From: Candidatus Krumholzibacteriota bacterium
Lineage (GTDB): Bacteria > Krumholzibacteriota > Krumholzibacteriia > LZORAL124-64-63
Direction of reading: 5' to 3'
DNA: 15,896 nucleotides
Assembly: GCA_039714075.1 (NCBI GenBank)
Contig: JBDLKA010000084.1
Span: forward strand, 1-15,896
Both the position numbers and the translations under genes were made by a program. The first letter of the stretch is position 1. Each line of letters begins with the position of its first letter. This document shows, piece by piece, positions 1 through 8,996 of this stretch. Below the pieces are notes generated by a model. The model did no database searches. It saw only the letters and a program-made list of their open reading frames with translations, and had not been told where the DNA came from.

Positions 1-32
1 GGCCGCGTTGTTGGCGATCTCACCCCCATTAG

Positions 33-48
33 CGCAAGGAGTCGGCCA
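33..48 (-). promoter_or_regulatory. Putative sigma-54 (-24/-12) promoter firing leftward out of the window
   Basis: Minus strand reads TGGCCGACTCCTTGCG: GG at 47-46, exactly 10 nt, TTGC ending at 34. This fits the TGGC-N7-TTGC consensus and lies in non-coding DNA. Confidence 0.65.
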
Positions 49-130
49 GGGAAAAATTGGCTGGGAAACCAACTAGATTGTTTTTTTACAAGGTGTTGTC
101 GGAGGGGTAGTCGGAGGCTGTAAAACAAAT

Positions 131-146
131 GTGTCCAATTGGACAC
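131..146. promoter_or_regulatory. Perfect 16-bp palindrome, candidate upstream activator site for a sigma-54 activator
   Basis: GTGTCCAATTGGACAC is its own reverse complement. It lies about 85-100 bp upstream of the -24 element, with an A/T tract (~78-90) in between. Confidence 0.55.
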
Positions 147-170
147 CTGTGTTTCGTGGGGTTTTGGCCA

Positions 171-195
171 CAAGAAAGGGCCCCCCGGGGGGCCC
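171..195 (-). terminator. Probable intrinsic terminator of the leftward operon
   Basis: The 18-bp palindrome GGGCCCCCCGGGGGGCCC (178-195) is followed on the minus strand by TTTCTTG, 26 nt after the stop at 222. Confidence 0.6.
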
Positions 196-221
196 AAGGT
201 GGGGAAGCTTTCCGGTCGGGC

Positions 222-1103
222 TTAAAAACTCAGCGTCAGCGCGGCATTGATCCCGATCAACAAACCAGGGGACGAGATGTCTTCCACCAGAGTGGGCCGC
301 GCCATCAGGATTCCGCCCAGGTCCAGACCCACCTTTGAAGAAAGAGGAATCACCAATCCCCCCTGCAGGGTCACACCAAGGCCCGAACTCCCGTCACCGG
401 TCCAGGCGTTGCGTTCGGCGTTGAACATTTCGGAGAATTGAACCAGCGCCAGGCCCATTTCCAGGTAACTGTAATTCGGGTTTTGAAGAGAGGGGGTTGT
501 CCGGTAGCCCACCAGAAGGTGAAACTCGTTGGCATTGGCAGAAATTTCCGTGTCATGGGGATGCACCGTATCGACCACCCTTTGTCGCCGGTACATGCAG
601 TTGAGATGGATATGGGATCCGAGACCCACCCTGGCTCCGGCGAAAAAGGCCCCGGTCGGGCTGAAACTGCTGTCGCCACTGATCAGACCCCCGGTGCCGC
701 CGGCCGCCAACAATACCTTGAATTCGAAGGGAACGGCTCGCCGGTCACCGATCAGGGCAAAGTCCACATCGGTGGCCGGGCTGGCGTCCGCGACCGCGTT
801 GGTGATATCGGCGCCGGAGCTGTCCCGGATGGCCGCCACCTGGGAGGGACTGAGCGTGGTTTCGGTCCCATCGGCCGCGGTCAGATTGATTGAATAACCG
901 GACAGCCCCCAAGCCAGGGAAACATCCTCGTAAAGGGTGCTGTCGGCGGTCGTCACGCTCACGTGATGCCAGACCTGCGGGGTGGGCTGGTCCGCCAAGG
1001 CAGGAACGGCAAGAGCGACGAATAGGGCAATCAAGCTGCCAATGACGGCAAGTCGTAACTTCTTGGCGATTTCAGGAGCTGACAAGACAACCTCATATTT
1101 CAC
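222..1103 (-). CDS. Secreted protein with a C-terminal outer-membrane beta-barrel-like domain
   Basis: Signal peptide (KKLRLAVIGSLIALFVALAVPALA). The C-terminal half has alternating amphipathic strands (FFAGARVG, FHLLVGYR, YLEMGLAL, GVTLQGGLVIP, VGLDLGG) and a terminal Phe (LTLSF). The true start may be TTG at 1085, after GAGG at 1094-1091. Confidence 0.7.
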   Translation of the reverse strand: MKYEVVLSAPEIAKKLRLAVIGSLIALFVALAVPALADQPTPQVWHHVSVTTADSTLYEDVSLAWGLSGYSINLTAADGTETTLSPSQVAAIRDSSGADITNAVADASPATDVDFALIGDRRAVPFEFKVLLAAGGTGGLISGDSSFSPTGAFFAGARVGLGSHIHLNCMYRRQRVVDTVHPHDTEISANANEFHLLVGYRTTPSLQNPNYSYLEMGLALVQFSEMFNAERNAWTGDGSSGLGVTLQGGLVIPLSSKVGLDLGGILMARPTLVEDISSPGLLIGINAALTLSF

Positions 1104-1114
1104 TTGTGGTTAAA

Positions 1115-3706
1115 TCAGTCCAATTCCTGCCAGTCAGCCGGCAGGACGTCCGGCGAGATCATCATCACCGGCGCGCCGGGCACTTCGCTGATGGTTTTCA
1201 GATATTCAACGTCGTAGGCCGAAAGTCCGGGCGCCCCGACAAACGGGTCGGCGCCCAGGGCGGCCTCGTTCACTTCGTCATCCAGGCCGTACAGTCCGGC
1301 AAGCAGGGCATTGAACCGGTCGCCGATCCCGAAGAACCCCGGCATTTTGGGAGTCAGGCTGGGCCACTGGATCCAGGGGCGCGGGGGATATTCCAGGATC
1401 TCCACTTCTTCCCCGTCGCGGATGTTCCCCAGCCGACGGGCGCGCTGAATGGCGTCGTCCAGGGAACCGAAGCCGTCACACAGGCCGCGTTCCACCGCGT
1501 CGCCGCCCATCCACACCCGGCCCTGGGCGATCTTCTCCACGTCGTCGGTGTTCAGATCCCTGCCCAAAGCCACGCCGGCGACAAACTTTTGGTAGCTGTC
1601 CAGGATCATGGTCTTGATTCGCGCCAGTTCCGTGTCGTTCAGCGGGCGCCGCGGAATGCCGCCCAGGAAAGGCAGATTCACTGTGGAGAACAGGTCGGCG
1701 TGTTCACCGCGCTGTACAACATCGGAAGTGATGCCGACTTTTTCGGTCAGGCCGTCGTCCCAGACCCAGCCGCCGATCACCCCGATGGAACCGGTGATGG
1801 TCAGCGGGGTGGTCAGGATCTCGCTGCCGTCCATGCTGATCGCGTAGCCGCCGCTGGCGGCCACGTCACCCTGGCTGACGATCACGGGAATGCCCGCTTC
1901 CTTCAGGGTGCGCACGGCTCCGGCCACCAGGTCGCTGGGCAGGGGATCGCCGCCGGGGGAGTCCGCCCGCAATACCACCGCCGCCACGCTCGGATCGGCC
2001 GCTAGCTTTCGCAGGTATTCACTGGTCTTGCGGCCCTTGATGCCCTTGTCCATGGCGCATTCACCCACGGCGTAGACCACCGGGATCTTCTTCGGCTGGC
2101 CCCACTGGTCGTCCCAGAATTTCCGGTAGGATTCGGCCGGGGGAATGGGCCACAGGCCCGCATCCTGCTCGCGCAGGGCCACCGGGAGTTGGTCCCAGCG
2201 GGAAATCGCGTCGATCAGGCCGAGCTCGAGGGCTTCCTCGGGCGACAGGATGGCGTTTTCGTCGATGGCCTGGTCGAAGACCGCTGGTGAAATATCGCGC
2301 GAACCGGCGACCCCTTCGCGCACGGTCTCGTAAAGAACGTCCACGATCCGCTGCCGCTGCTCGCGGTCGGCCTCGGACATGCTGTCGCGGCTCAACGTTT
2401 CCATGGCGCTCTTGTACTCGAAGTAGCGGAATTCCTGGAAGCCCAGGCCGATCTTTTCCAGGGTGCCCTTCAGGTAGCTGCGGCTCAGGGCGTAGCCGGG
2501 CAGGGCCAGGTTGCCCCAGGGATCGAGGGTAAGGTGGTCGGCCACCGAAGCCAGGTAGTACGTGGTCGGATCCAGTCGGTCGGCGTGGATGATGACCTTC
2601 TTGCCGGCGGCCTGGAATTCCTCCAGCTTTTGCCGCAGTTCCCAGATGAGGGAGGGGCGCCCGCGGAATCCGGTCAGGTTCAGGGCGATGCCGTCGGTTT
2701 TGCTGTCGTCGCGCAGGGCGTTCAGCAGCGGCAGCAGGTCCAGCCAGGCAATTCTCTTGTCGTCGAAATACCGGTATTTCTGATAGGTGAGAACCTTGTT
2801 TTCCAGCCTGAGGGGATAGTACCGGTCGCTGCCGACCAGCGCGTCCCAGACGGACGGGAAACCCTGGTAGGGAGGGTTGGTGCGCAGCAGGCCGCTGGTG
2901 GCGAGATGGTCGCCGTCCTCATTGTAGACGGGCATGGCCGCGGCGTGGAAGGCGCCCAGAGTGACGCCGAACATACCGGTGTAGTCCAGGTCTCCGGTTC
3001 CCGGCTGCCGGCGCGCCTTGAAGCCCACATGAAGGCCCCGGACCGGTCGCACTTCCAGGCCCGCGCCCCAGACTCCGCCCTTGAAAAACACCTGGTCGTC
3101 GTTGACGGCCCAGTCGGCGTACACCGTAAGCCAGTTGCGGTCGAAGGGCCGAATTCCGAGATCGAACACGTACTGGGCCGCACTCGATTCCAGGCTCCAG
3201 GCGGCCGAAGCTCCCAGGGTCGTCCAGCGCGTGCGGCGGCTGACAAAACCCATGGTCAGCGATTTCTGTCGCGGATGGCGCTCCGTTTCCCCGTGGGCCC
3301 AGCGGTAACCCACCCCGAACGATCCGGCCCGCGTTCCTCCAGCCACCCCGACCTGATAGTCGTAGATCTTGTAGCTGTCCCCGGTGGTGCCGAAGGTGGT
3401 GGTGTTCATGGCGAAGTTGAACCCGCGCCCGAAACCGAAACCGTAGTTGTCCAGCCCGCTGCGGATGCTGCGGTCGTTCCACCAGAAATCGGACCCCATC
3501 CGGTCGGTCATTGCCCAGGCGCCGGGGTTGAACAAACCGCCCACCGGACCACCCGTCACGCCCGGACTCTGGGGCAGAAACCAGCTTTCGGTGCGGTAGT
3601 CCAGCAGGGGCAGGGTGTCGCGTTCGGCCAGGGCTGCGGCAGTGGCGGTCAAAGAGAGGACAAGGAGAATCAGCGCCGACAGGCGCCAGGTACGGGTGGC
3701 GGACAT
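1115..3706 (-). CDS. sppA: Signal peptide peptidase SppA / protease IV (S49) with an N-terminal beta-strand-rich extension
   Basis: Two S49 domains. N-domain: YYLASVAD and YKSAME (catalytic Lys position). C-domain: LRADSPGG, VAASGGY (catalytic Ser), TITGSIGV, AQGRVWMG. ATG at 3706 follows GGAGGG at 7-nt spacing; N-terminal signal peptide present. Confidence 0.9.
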   Translation of the reverse strand: MSATRTWRLSALILLVLSLTATAAALAERDTLPLLDYRTESWFLPQSPGVTGGPVGGLFNPGAWAMTDRMGSDFWWNDRSIRSGLDNYGFGFGRGFNFAMNTTTFGTTGDSYKIYDYQVGVAGGTRAGSFGVGYRWAHGETERHPRQKSLTMGFVSRRTRWTTLGASAAWSLESSAAQYVFDLGIRPFDRNWLTVYADWAVNDDQVFFKGGVWGAGLEVRPVRGLHVGFKARRQPGTGDLDYTGMFGVTLGAFHAAAMPVYNEDGDHLATSGLLRTNPPYQGFPSVWDALVGSDRYYPLRLENKVLTYQKYRYFDDKRIAWLDLLPLLNALRDDSKTDGIALNLTGFRGRPSLIWELRQKLEEFQAAGKKVIIHADRLDPTTYYLASVADHLTLDPWGNLALPGYALSRSYLKGTLEKIGLGFQEFRYFEYKSAMETLSRDSMSEADREQRQRIVDVLYETVREGVAGSRDISPAVFDQAIDENAILSPEEALELGLIDAISRWDQLPVALREQDAGLWPIPPAESYRKFWDDQWGQPKKIPVVYAVGECAMDKGIKGRKTSEYLRKLAADPSVAAVVLRADSPGGDPLPSDLVAGAVRTLKEAGIPVIVSQGDVAASGGYAISMDGSEILTTPLTITGSIGVIGGWVWDDGLTEKVGITSDVVQRGEHADLFSTVNLPFLGGIPRRPLNDTELARIKTMILDSYQKFVAGVALGRDLNTDDVEKIAQGRVWMGGDAVERGLCDGFGSLDDAIQRARRLGNIRDGEEVEILEYPPRPWIQWPSLTPKMPGFFGIGDRFNALLAGLYGLDDEVNEAALGADPFVGAPGLSAYDVEYLKTISEVPGAPVMMISPDVLPADWQELD

Positions 3707-3723
3707 CAATAATCCCTCCGGAG

Positions 3724-5087
<1,364 letters not shown>

Positions 5088-5091
<4 letters not shown>

Positions 5092-6839
5092 ATCTGTTTG
5101 TCCGCGGTGTCGGGAATGGGGAACGACAACGTGAAAGTCGTACCATGGCCGGGTTCGCTGGTCACCCGGATATTTGCGCCGCAGTCGGCCGCCAGCCGCC
5201 GGACGTTGCTCAGGCCCAGCCCGGTGCCCCCTTCGCGGGTGGTGAAGAAATCGGTGAAGATGGCGTCCAGGTTTTCCGCCGGGATCCCTTCGCCGGTATC
5301 GCTGACGCTGACCAGGATGCGCATTTCCTCGAGGTTGGGATCCTCGTCCACCGCGGCGTCCACGGTGACTGTTCCCCGGCCGTCGGACAGGCTTTCCAGG
5401 GCGTTGCGGATCAGGTTGTCGAAGATGCGGCGCAGGCTGACGGGATCGGCCTGGATCGCGGGCAGATTTCCCGGCACCGTGTTGACCAGTTTCGTTTCCG
5501 GGGTGAACGAGGGGTCGGTCATGGCTTCGGCGACCACCTCGTACAGCCGGCAGTCCCGGGGGCTGCGACCGGGGCTGAGCCGTGCATAGTGGGTGGCCAG
5601 ATCCTCGAGATAGACCAGGCCTCCTTCGAGGGTTTCGCGCCGCTCGCCGAACACGTCGTTCAGCCGGGCGGGGTTTTCGTCGGCCACCTCGGAAAGGTGC
5701 CGCAGGACGTTGCGCAGCGGGGTGATTCCGTTGCGGATGTCATGGTTCACCTGGCGGGCCATCTCGCCCAGGGTGGCCCGGTGTTCGGCGGCGCGCAGGC
5801 GCTTCACGCCGTCCCGCAGACGGCCGGTCATCTCACCCAGCAGCCGCGACAGGCGCCCGACCTCGTCTTTGCGCGAGGAGGAAAAATCGACGTCCAGGCT
5901 TTCTAGATCGAGGTTGCCCGTGCGGTCGGCCAGTTGCCGCAGGGGCTTGCTGATCCTGCCGGCCATGAAAACGGCCAGCAGGACCGACACCACGACGGCC
6001 AACAGCAATACCGCGCCCATCCGCAGGTTCATGTCGCGCAGCAGGGAGTTCAGGGAAGCCCGGTCGTGGGTCACCAGCAGCCAGGCGTCGCCCAGCTTGC
6101 CGTCGCTTATCAGGGGCAGGTGTTCCGAACGTACGATCGTCCCGTCGCGGCGCAGATGGTACTCGGCTTCCAGCACGTTCTCGTCCGCGGCCAGACGGCG
6201 GGCCAGCGCATCGCTGGTGGCGAACGATCCCTCGGGCCAGACGATGGCCAGCGCCAGATCCCCGTCCCGGTTCAGGCTGCTCAGCCGCTCCTGGTCCAAC
6301 CGGTCGCCGCCGGTCAGGAAAAACCCGCGGCCGCCCATGGTCACGGGGCGAGACCGGGCCAGGGCGAGAAAGGATTCCTCCGGTGTGCGGGTCGCGACCA
6401 GCGCCTGGCCGCCGCGGGCGTGGGACAACAGGGTGTGGAGATCGGGATCGAGGGCTCCGTAGGCGTCGCGAAAATGGCCGCTGCTGACGGTGTGTCCGCG
6501 CTCGTCCTGGATCAGCAGCATGTCCAGGTCCATGACCGACATCTGCCGGGGGGCGAAATCCAGGACGTAGCCCCGTTTGTCTTCGTGTCCGCCAAGGGTG
6601 CCCAGACGGAAGTCGTTGTCGTCGACCATGGTCTCGGCCAGCTTGTCCAGCAGGGTCGCCAACTCACGGCTTTGCCGGGCCAGATCATCCCGCACGATGC
6701 GGATCTGATTGTCCACCCGCACGGTGTCCAACTCCGTGAATCGCTCCTCGACTCCGGTCCGAATGGCCATGATCACCAGAATCAGCGGCAGCACGGCCAG
6801 GGCCACCGATCCCAGGAGGATTTGGCCGCGCAGGTTCAT
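5088..6839 (-). CDS. Membrane HAMP-domain sensor histidine kinase (NtrY-like)
   Basis: Two TM helices around a periplasmic domain, HAMP (ISKPLRQL...DEVGRL), H-box VNHDIRN, N-box DNLIRNA, G1 SDTGEGI, G2 GGTGLGL. ATGA overlaps with both neighbours. Confidence 0.95.
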
Positions 6840-8494
6840 GGACCGGCCTCGGAGCCGGACGCTTCAGCGGCCACGCCCAGACCGGCGAGCAAAGGAGTGC
6901 CGTCGAACGCGAGTTCCAGGCCGGCCACCGAACCCCGCACGACCAACCAGGAGCGGCTGACCCCCAGGGGGTGGACCAGGCCCTGGCGCGTCAGGATTTC
7001 CGCGGGCGATTCCTTTTGCGGGGCGACGTTCCGGTCGGCCGAAACCAGGCTGTCGTTGGTGCGGACGGTCTGGTTCAGGGCGGCTTCCTGCAACCAGGCG
7101 GCGGTGCCCAGCAAGGTGGCCATCTGCAGGCAGCCGGTGGGATACTGCTGGTCGAAAGGCAGGATAAAGGCGCCGGCCATCTGCCATTGCAAAGCGAATT
7201 CGATGCTGCCGGGGGGCAGGGCGGCCGCGCGCGCGGGCTGTCCGGCCAGAGCCCCCAGGCGCTGGGCCATTTCCCGGGCACCGGGGTCGTCACCGGGGTA
7301 GGCGATCACGTCCTGGTCGAGGTTTTTCGCCGCCAGGTTCCAATCCAGCCGGGCGCTGCCGGCTCCGGTGACCGGGCCGCTCAACTGGGGACATTCGGGA
7401 TCCCCGCCGGCGGGAAAGACGATCTCCGGCCACGAGCGCGCCGAAACGGCGGTCAGGTCGCGTCCCGCATCCATTTTTCCGGCGGCCTTCAACCAATGGC
7501 CGGATCCGCGAGGGTTCATGTCGGGCGGACAGACCAGCAGATACAGCCGGGTCCAGGGCAGCGGGACCGGGTGGAAGCCCGGGGCGTCCTCGAAAAAATC
7601 CACCGCGGCCATGTCCCGGACCAGGATCAGGTCCATGTCGGTGGCCACATGGTCCCGGGGATCGGTGTCCGGCAAAACCCGGAAGGTCAGGTTTTTCCAG
7701 GCGGGCCCCGCGGGATGGTTCTGGTTCGGCTTGCAGGCCAGATCGGGCAGGGGCGCCGGGTCCGAGGCCCGCAGCCGGGCCGGACCGCTGCCCACGGGCC
7801 AGGCCCAGCCGGGTCTTTTGACACAGACCGCGGTGGCGGGGTGGGCCAGGAGCATCGGAAAACGGGCGTGGGGTTCCGGCAGCCGCACCGCCAGGCGCCG
7901 GGCGTCCAGCGCGTTTACGGTGCGGGCCCGGGCGTTGAGCCAGTTCCAGGGCGAGGTCCGGCCCGACACCGCGGGGCAATCCTCGTTGGCAAACCAGGCG
8001 CGGCGCACGTCCTCGGCGGTGATGCGCGTGCCGTCCCAGAAGCGGGCGCCCTCCCGGATGGTGAAAACCCAAACGGTGCTGTCCTCGGTGCAGGTCCAGT
8101 GTTCGGCCAGGCCCGGCTGCGCTGCACCCGTGCAATCCACCTGGATCAGGGTTTCGTAGAGCTGGGCGAAAACCAGGCGTTCGGAGGCGTTGTGGGGGAT
8201 GGGGGCCCGGTCCGGCTGGACCGGTTCGGTCAGGGTGATGACGAAATTGCCGCCGGGCGAGGCTTCTTCGGCCAGAACCCCGCAACCTTCCCGGCTGGGA
8301 GTCAGGGCTTCGCCCGAGGAGGTGGGCCACAGATCGATGGCGGGCTGATCGGCTCCAGCGGATGAACCGGGCCCCGCGGTGCCGCCGCAGGAGGCCAGCA
8401 GCACCAGGGCAACCAGGGAAACAGCGAAAGCGGCCGCCCGGAGGCAGGCCAGGTTCATGACGGGGGCTCTTCCCTTCAACCTATTGCAGCTCAT
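6836..8494 (-). CDS. Lipoprotein with an N-terminal ABC substrate-binding family 5 (OppA/DppA-like) region
   Basis: Lipobox LLAS-C. Family-5 signature LYETLIQVD...PGLAEHW...VWVFTIREGARFWDGTRITAEDV...PVGSGP. Start is ATG 8494 (after AAGGAAGGGAAG) or ATG 8458; the ORF-track start at 8629 is probably too long. Confidence 0.8.
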   Translation of the reverse strand: MSCNRLKGRAPVMNLACLRAAAFAVSLVALVLLASCGGTAGPGSSAGADQPAIDLWPTSSGEALTPSREGCGVLAEEASPGGNFVITLTEPVQPDRAPIPHNASERLVFAQLYETLIQVDCTGAAQPGLAEHWTCTEDSTVWVFTIREGARFWDGTRITAEDVRRAWFANEDCPAVSGRTSPWNWLNARARTVNALDARRLAVRLPEPHARFPMLLAHPATAVCVKRPGWAWPVGSGPARLRASDPAPLPDLACKPNQNHPAGPAWKNLTFRVLPDTDPRDHVATDMDLILVRDMAAVDFFEDAPGFHPVPLPWTRLYLLVCPPDMNPRGSGHWLKAAGKMDAGRDLTAVSARSWPEIVFPAGGDPECPQLSGPVTGAGSARLDWNLAAKNLDQDVIAYPGDDPGAREMAQRLGALAGQPARAAALPPGSIEFALQWQMAGAFILPFDQQYPTGCLQMATLLGTAAWLQEAALNQTVRTNDSLVSADRNVAPQKESPAEILTRQGLVHPLGVSRSWLVVRGSVAGLELAFDGTPLLAGLGVAAEASGSEAGP

Positions 8495-8540
8495 TTCGCT
8501 TCCCTTCCTTGCCGGAACCGATCCTTCGGTACGGACCCGG

Positions 8541-8549
8541 ATCATAACA
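8541..8549 (-). promoter_or_regulatory. Possible extended -10 sigma-70 promoter for the leftward operon
   Basis: Minus strand TGTTATGAT (TGn-TATGAT), about 46 nt upstream of ATG 8494. The -35 match (TTTTCG) is poor. Confidence 0.35.
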
Positions 8550-8645
8550 GAACAGACCGCACCCGAAAAAATGAAACTGGCATTCCCGGACGGAATAATT
8601 TTCAATACCTTTCGAGGATCAACCGTCAATCATCGACCCTGGAAT

Positions 8646-8661
8646 CGGCATCACGGATGCA
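8646..8661 (+). promoter_or_regulatory. Sigma-54 -24/-12-like element that is also a palindrome, upstream of the rightward unit
   Basis: CGGCATCACGGATGCA has GG (8647-8648), 10 nt, then GC (8659-8660). It contains the inverted repeat GCATC-acg-GATGC, with an AT-rich tract upstream (~8594-8612). Confidence 0.4.
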
Positions 8662-8678
8662 AAGGGGATGCCTGGATC

Positions 8679-8996
8679 TTGAACAACCCCAAATGCCCGG
8701 CCTGCGGTTTTGCTTTTCCGTGGCGCGAGGCCCTGAAACAGATACTCGGACCATCGCGCCGGGCCAGTTCCCTGTGGGGCGCCCTGTGTCCGGAATGCGG
8801 CGCCGACCTGAAGGTTCCCACCAGCCGGGTCCTGCTGATCGCCGCGGCGGGGATTTTTTTCGGCAGCCAGACCTCGACCCTGCTCTTGCTGGGTGATTAC
8901 ACGGCCTTCGAATTCTGGCTGGCCAAGCTGTGGCTGATCGTGGGTTTCTATGCCATCGCCATCTTTGTTTTCCTGAGATTGGAGACGGTTGAATGA
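8679..8996 (+). CDS. Small CxxC-x27-CxxC zinc-ribbon membrane protein (resembles the cxxc_20_cxxc architecture)
   Basis: From TTG 8679 (AAGGGG upstream): NNPKCPACG...LCPECGADL, then two hydrophobic segments. Its stop overlaps the ATG of the S9 gene. The ORF-track start at 8379 overlaps the opposite-strand gene. Confidence 0.7.
   Translation: MNNPKCPACGFAFPWREALKQILGPSRRASSLWGALCPECGADLKVPTSRVLLIAAAGIFFGSQTSTLLLLGDYTAFEFWLAKLWLIVGFYAIAIFVFLRLETVE

Noticed and set aside
66..90. IHF binding site between the palindrome and the -24/-12 element
   Set aside because: AT-rich, but only a poor match to WATCAANNNNTTR.
129..338. 69-aa + strand ORF starting at the palindrome
   Set aside because: No RBS or motif, and it crosses the terminator and the antisense of the barrel gene.
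8495..8629. ORF-track N-terminal extension of the SBP gene
   Set aside because: Places the lipobox about 80 residues from the start; ATG 8494 or 8458 gives a normal lipoprotein signal.
8379..8678. N-terminal 100 aa of the 205-aa ORF 8379-8996
   Set aside because: Overlaps the start of the divergent lipoprotein gene and the promoter region; protein-like features begin only at TTG 8679.
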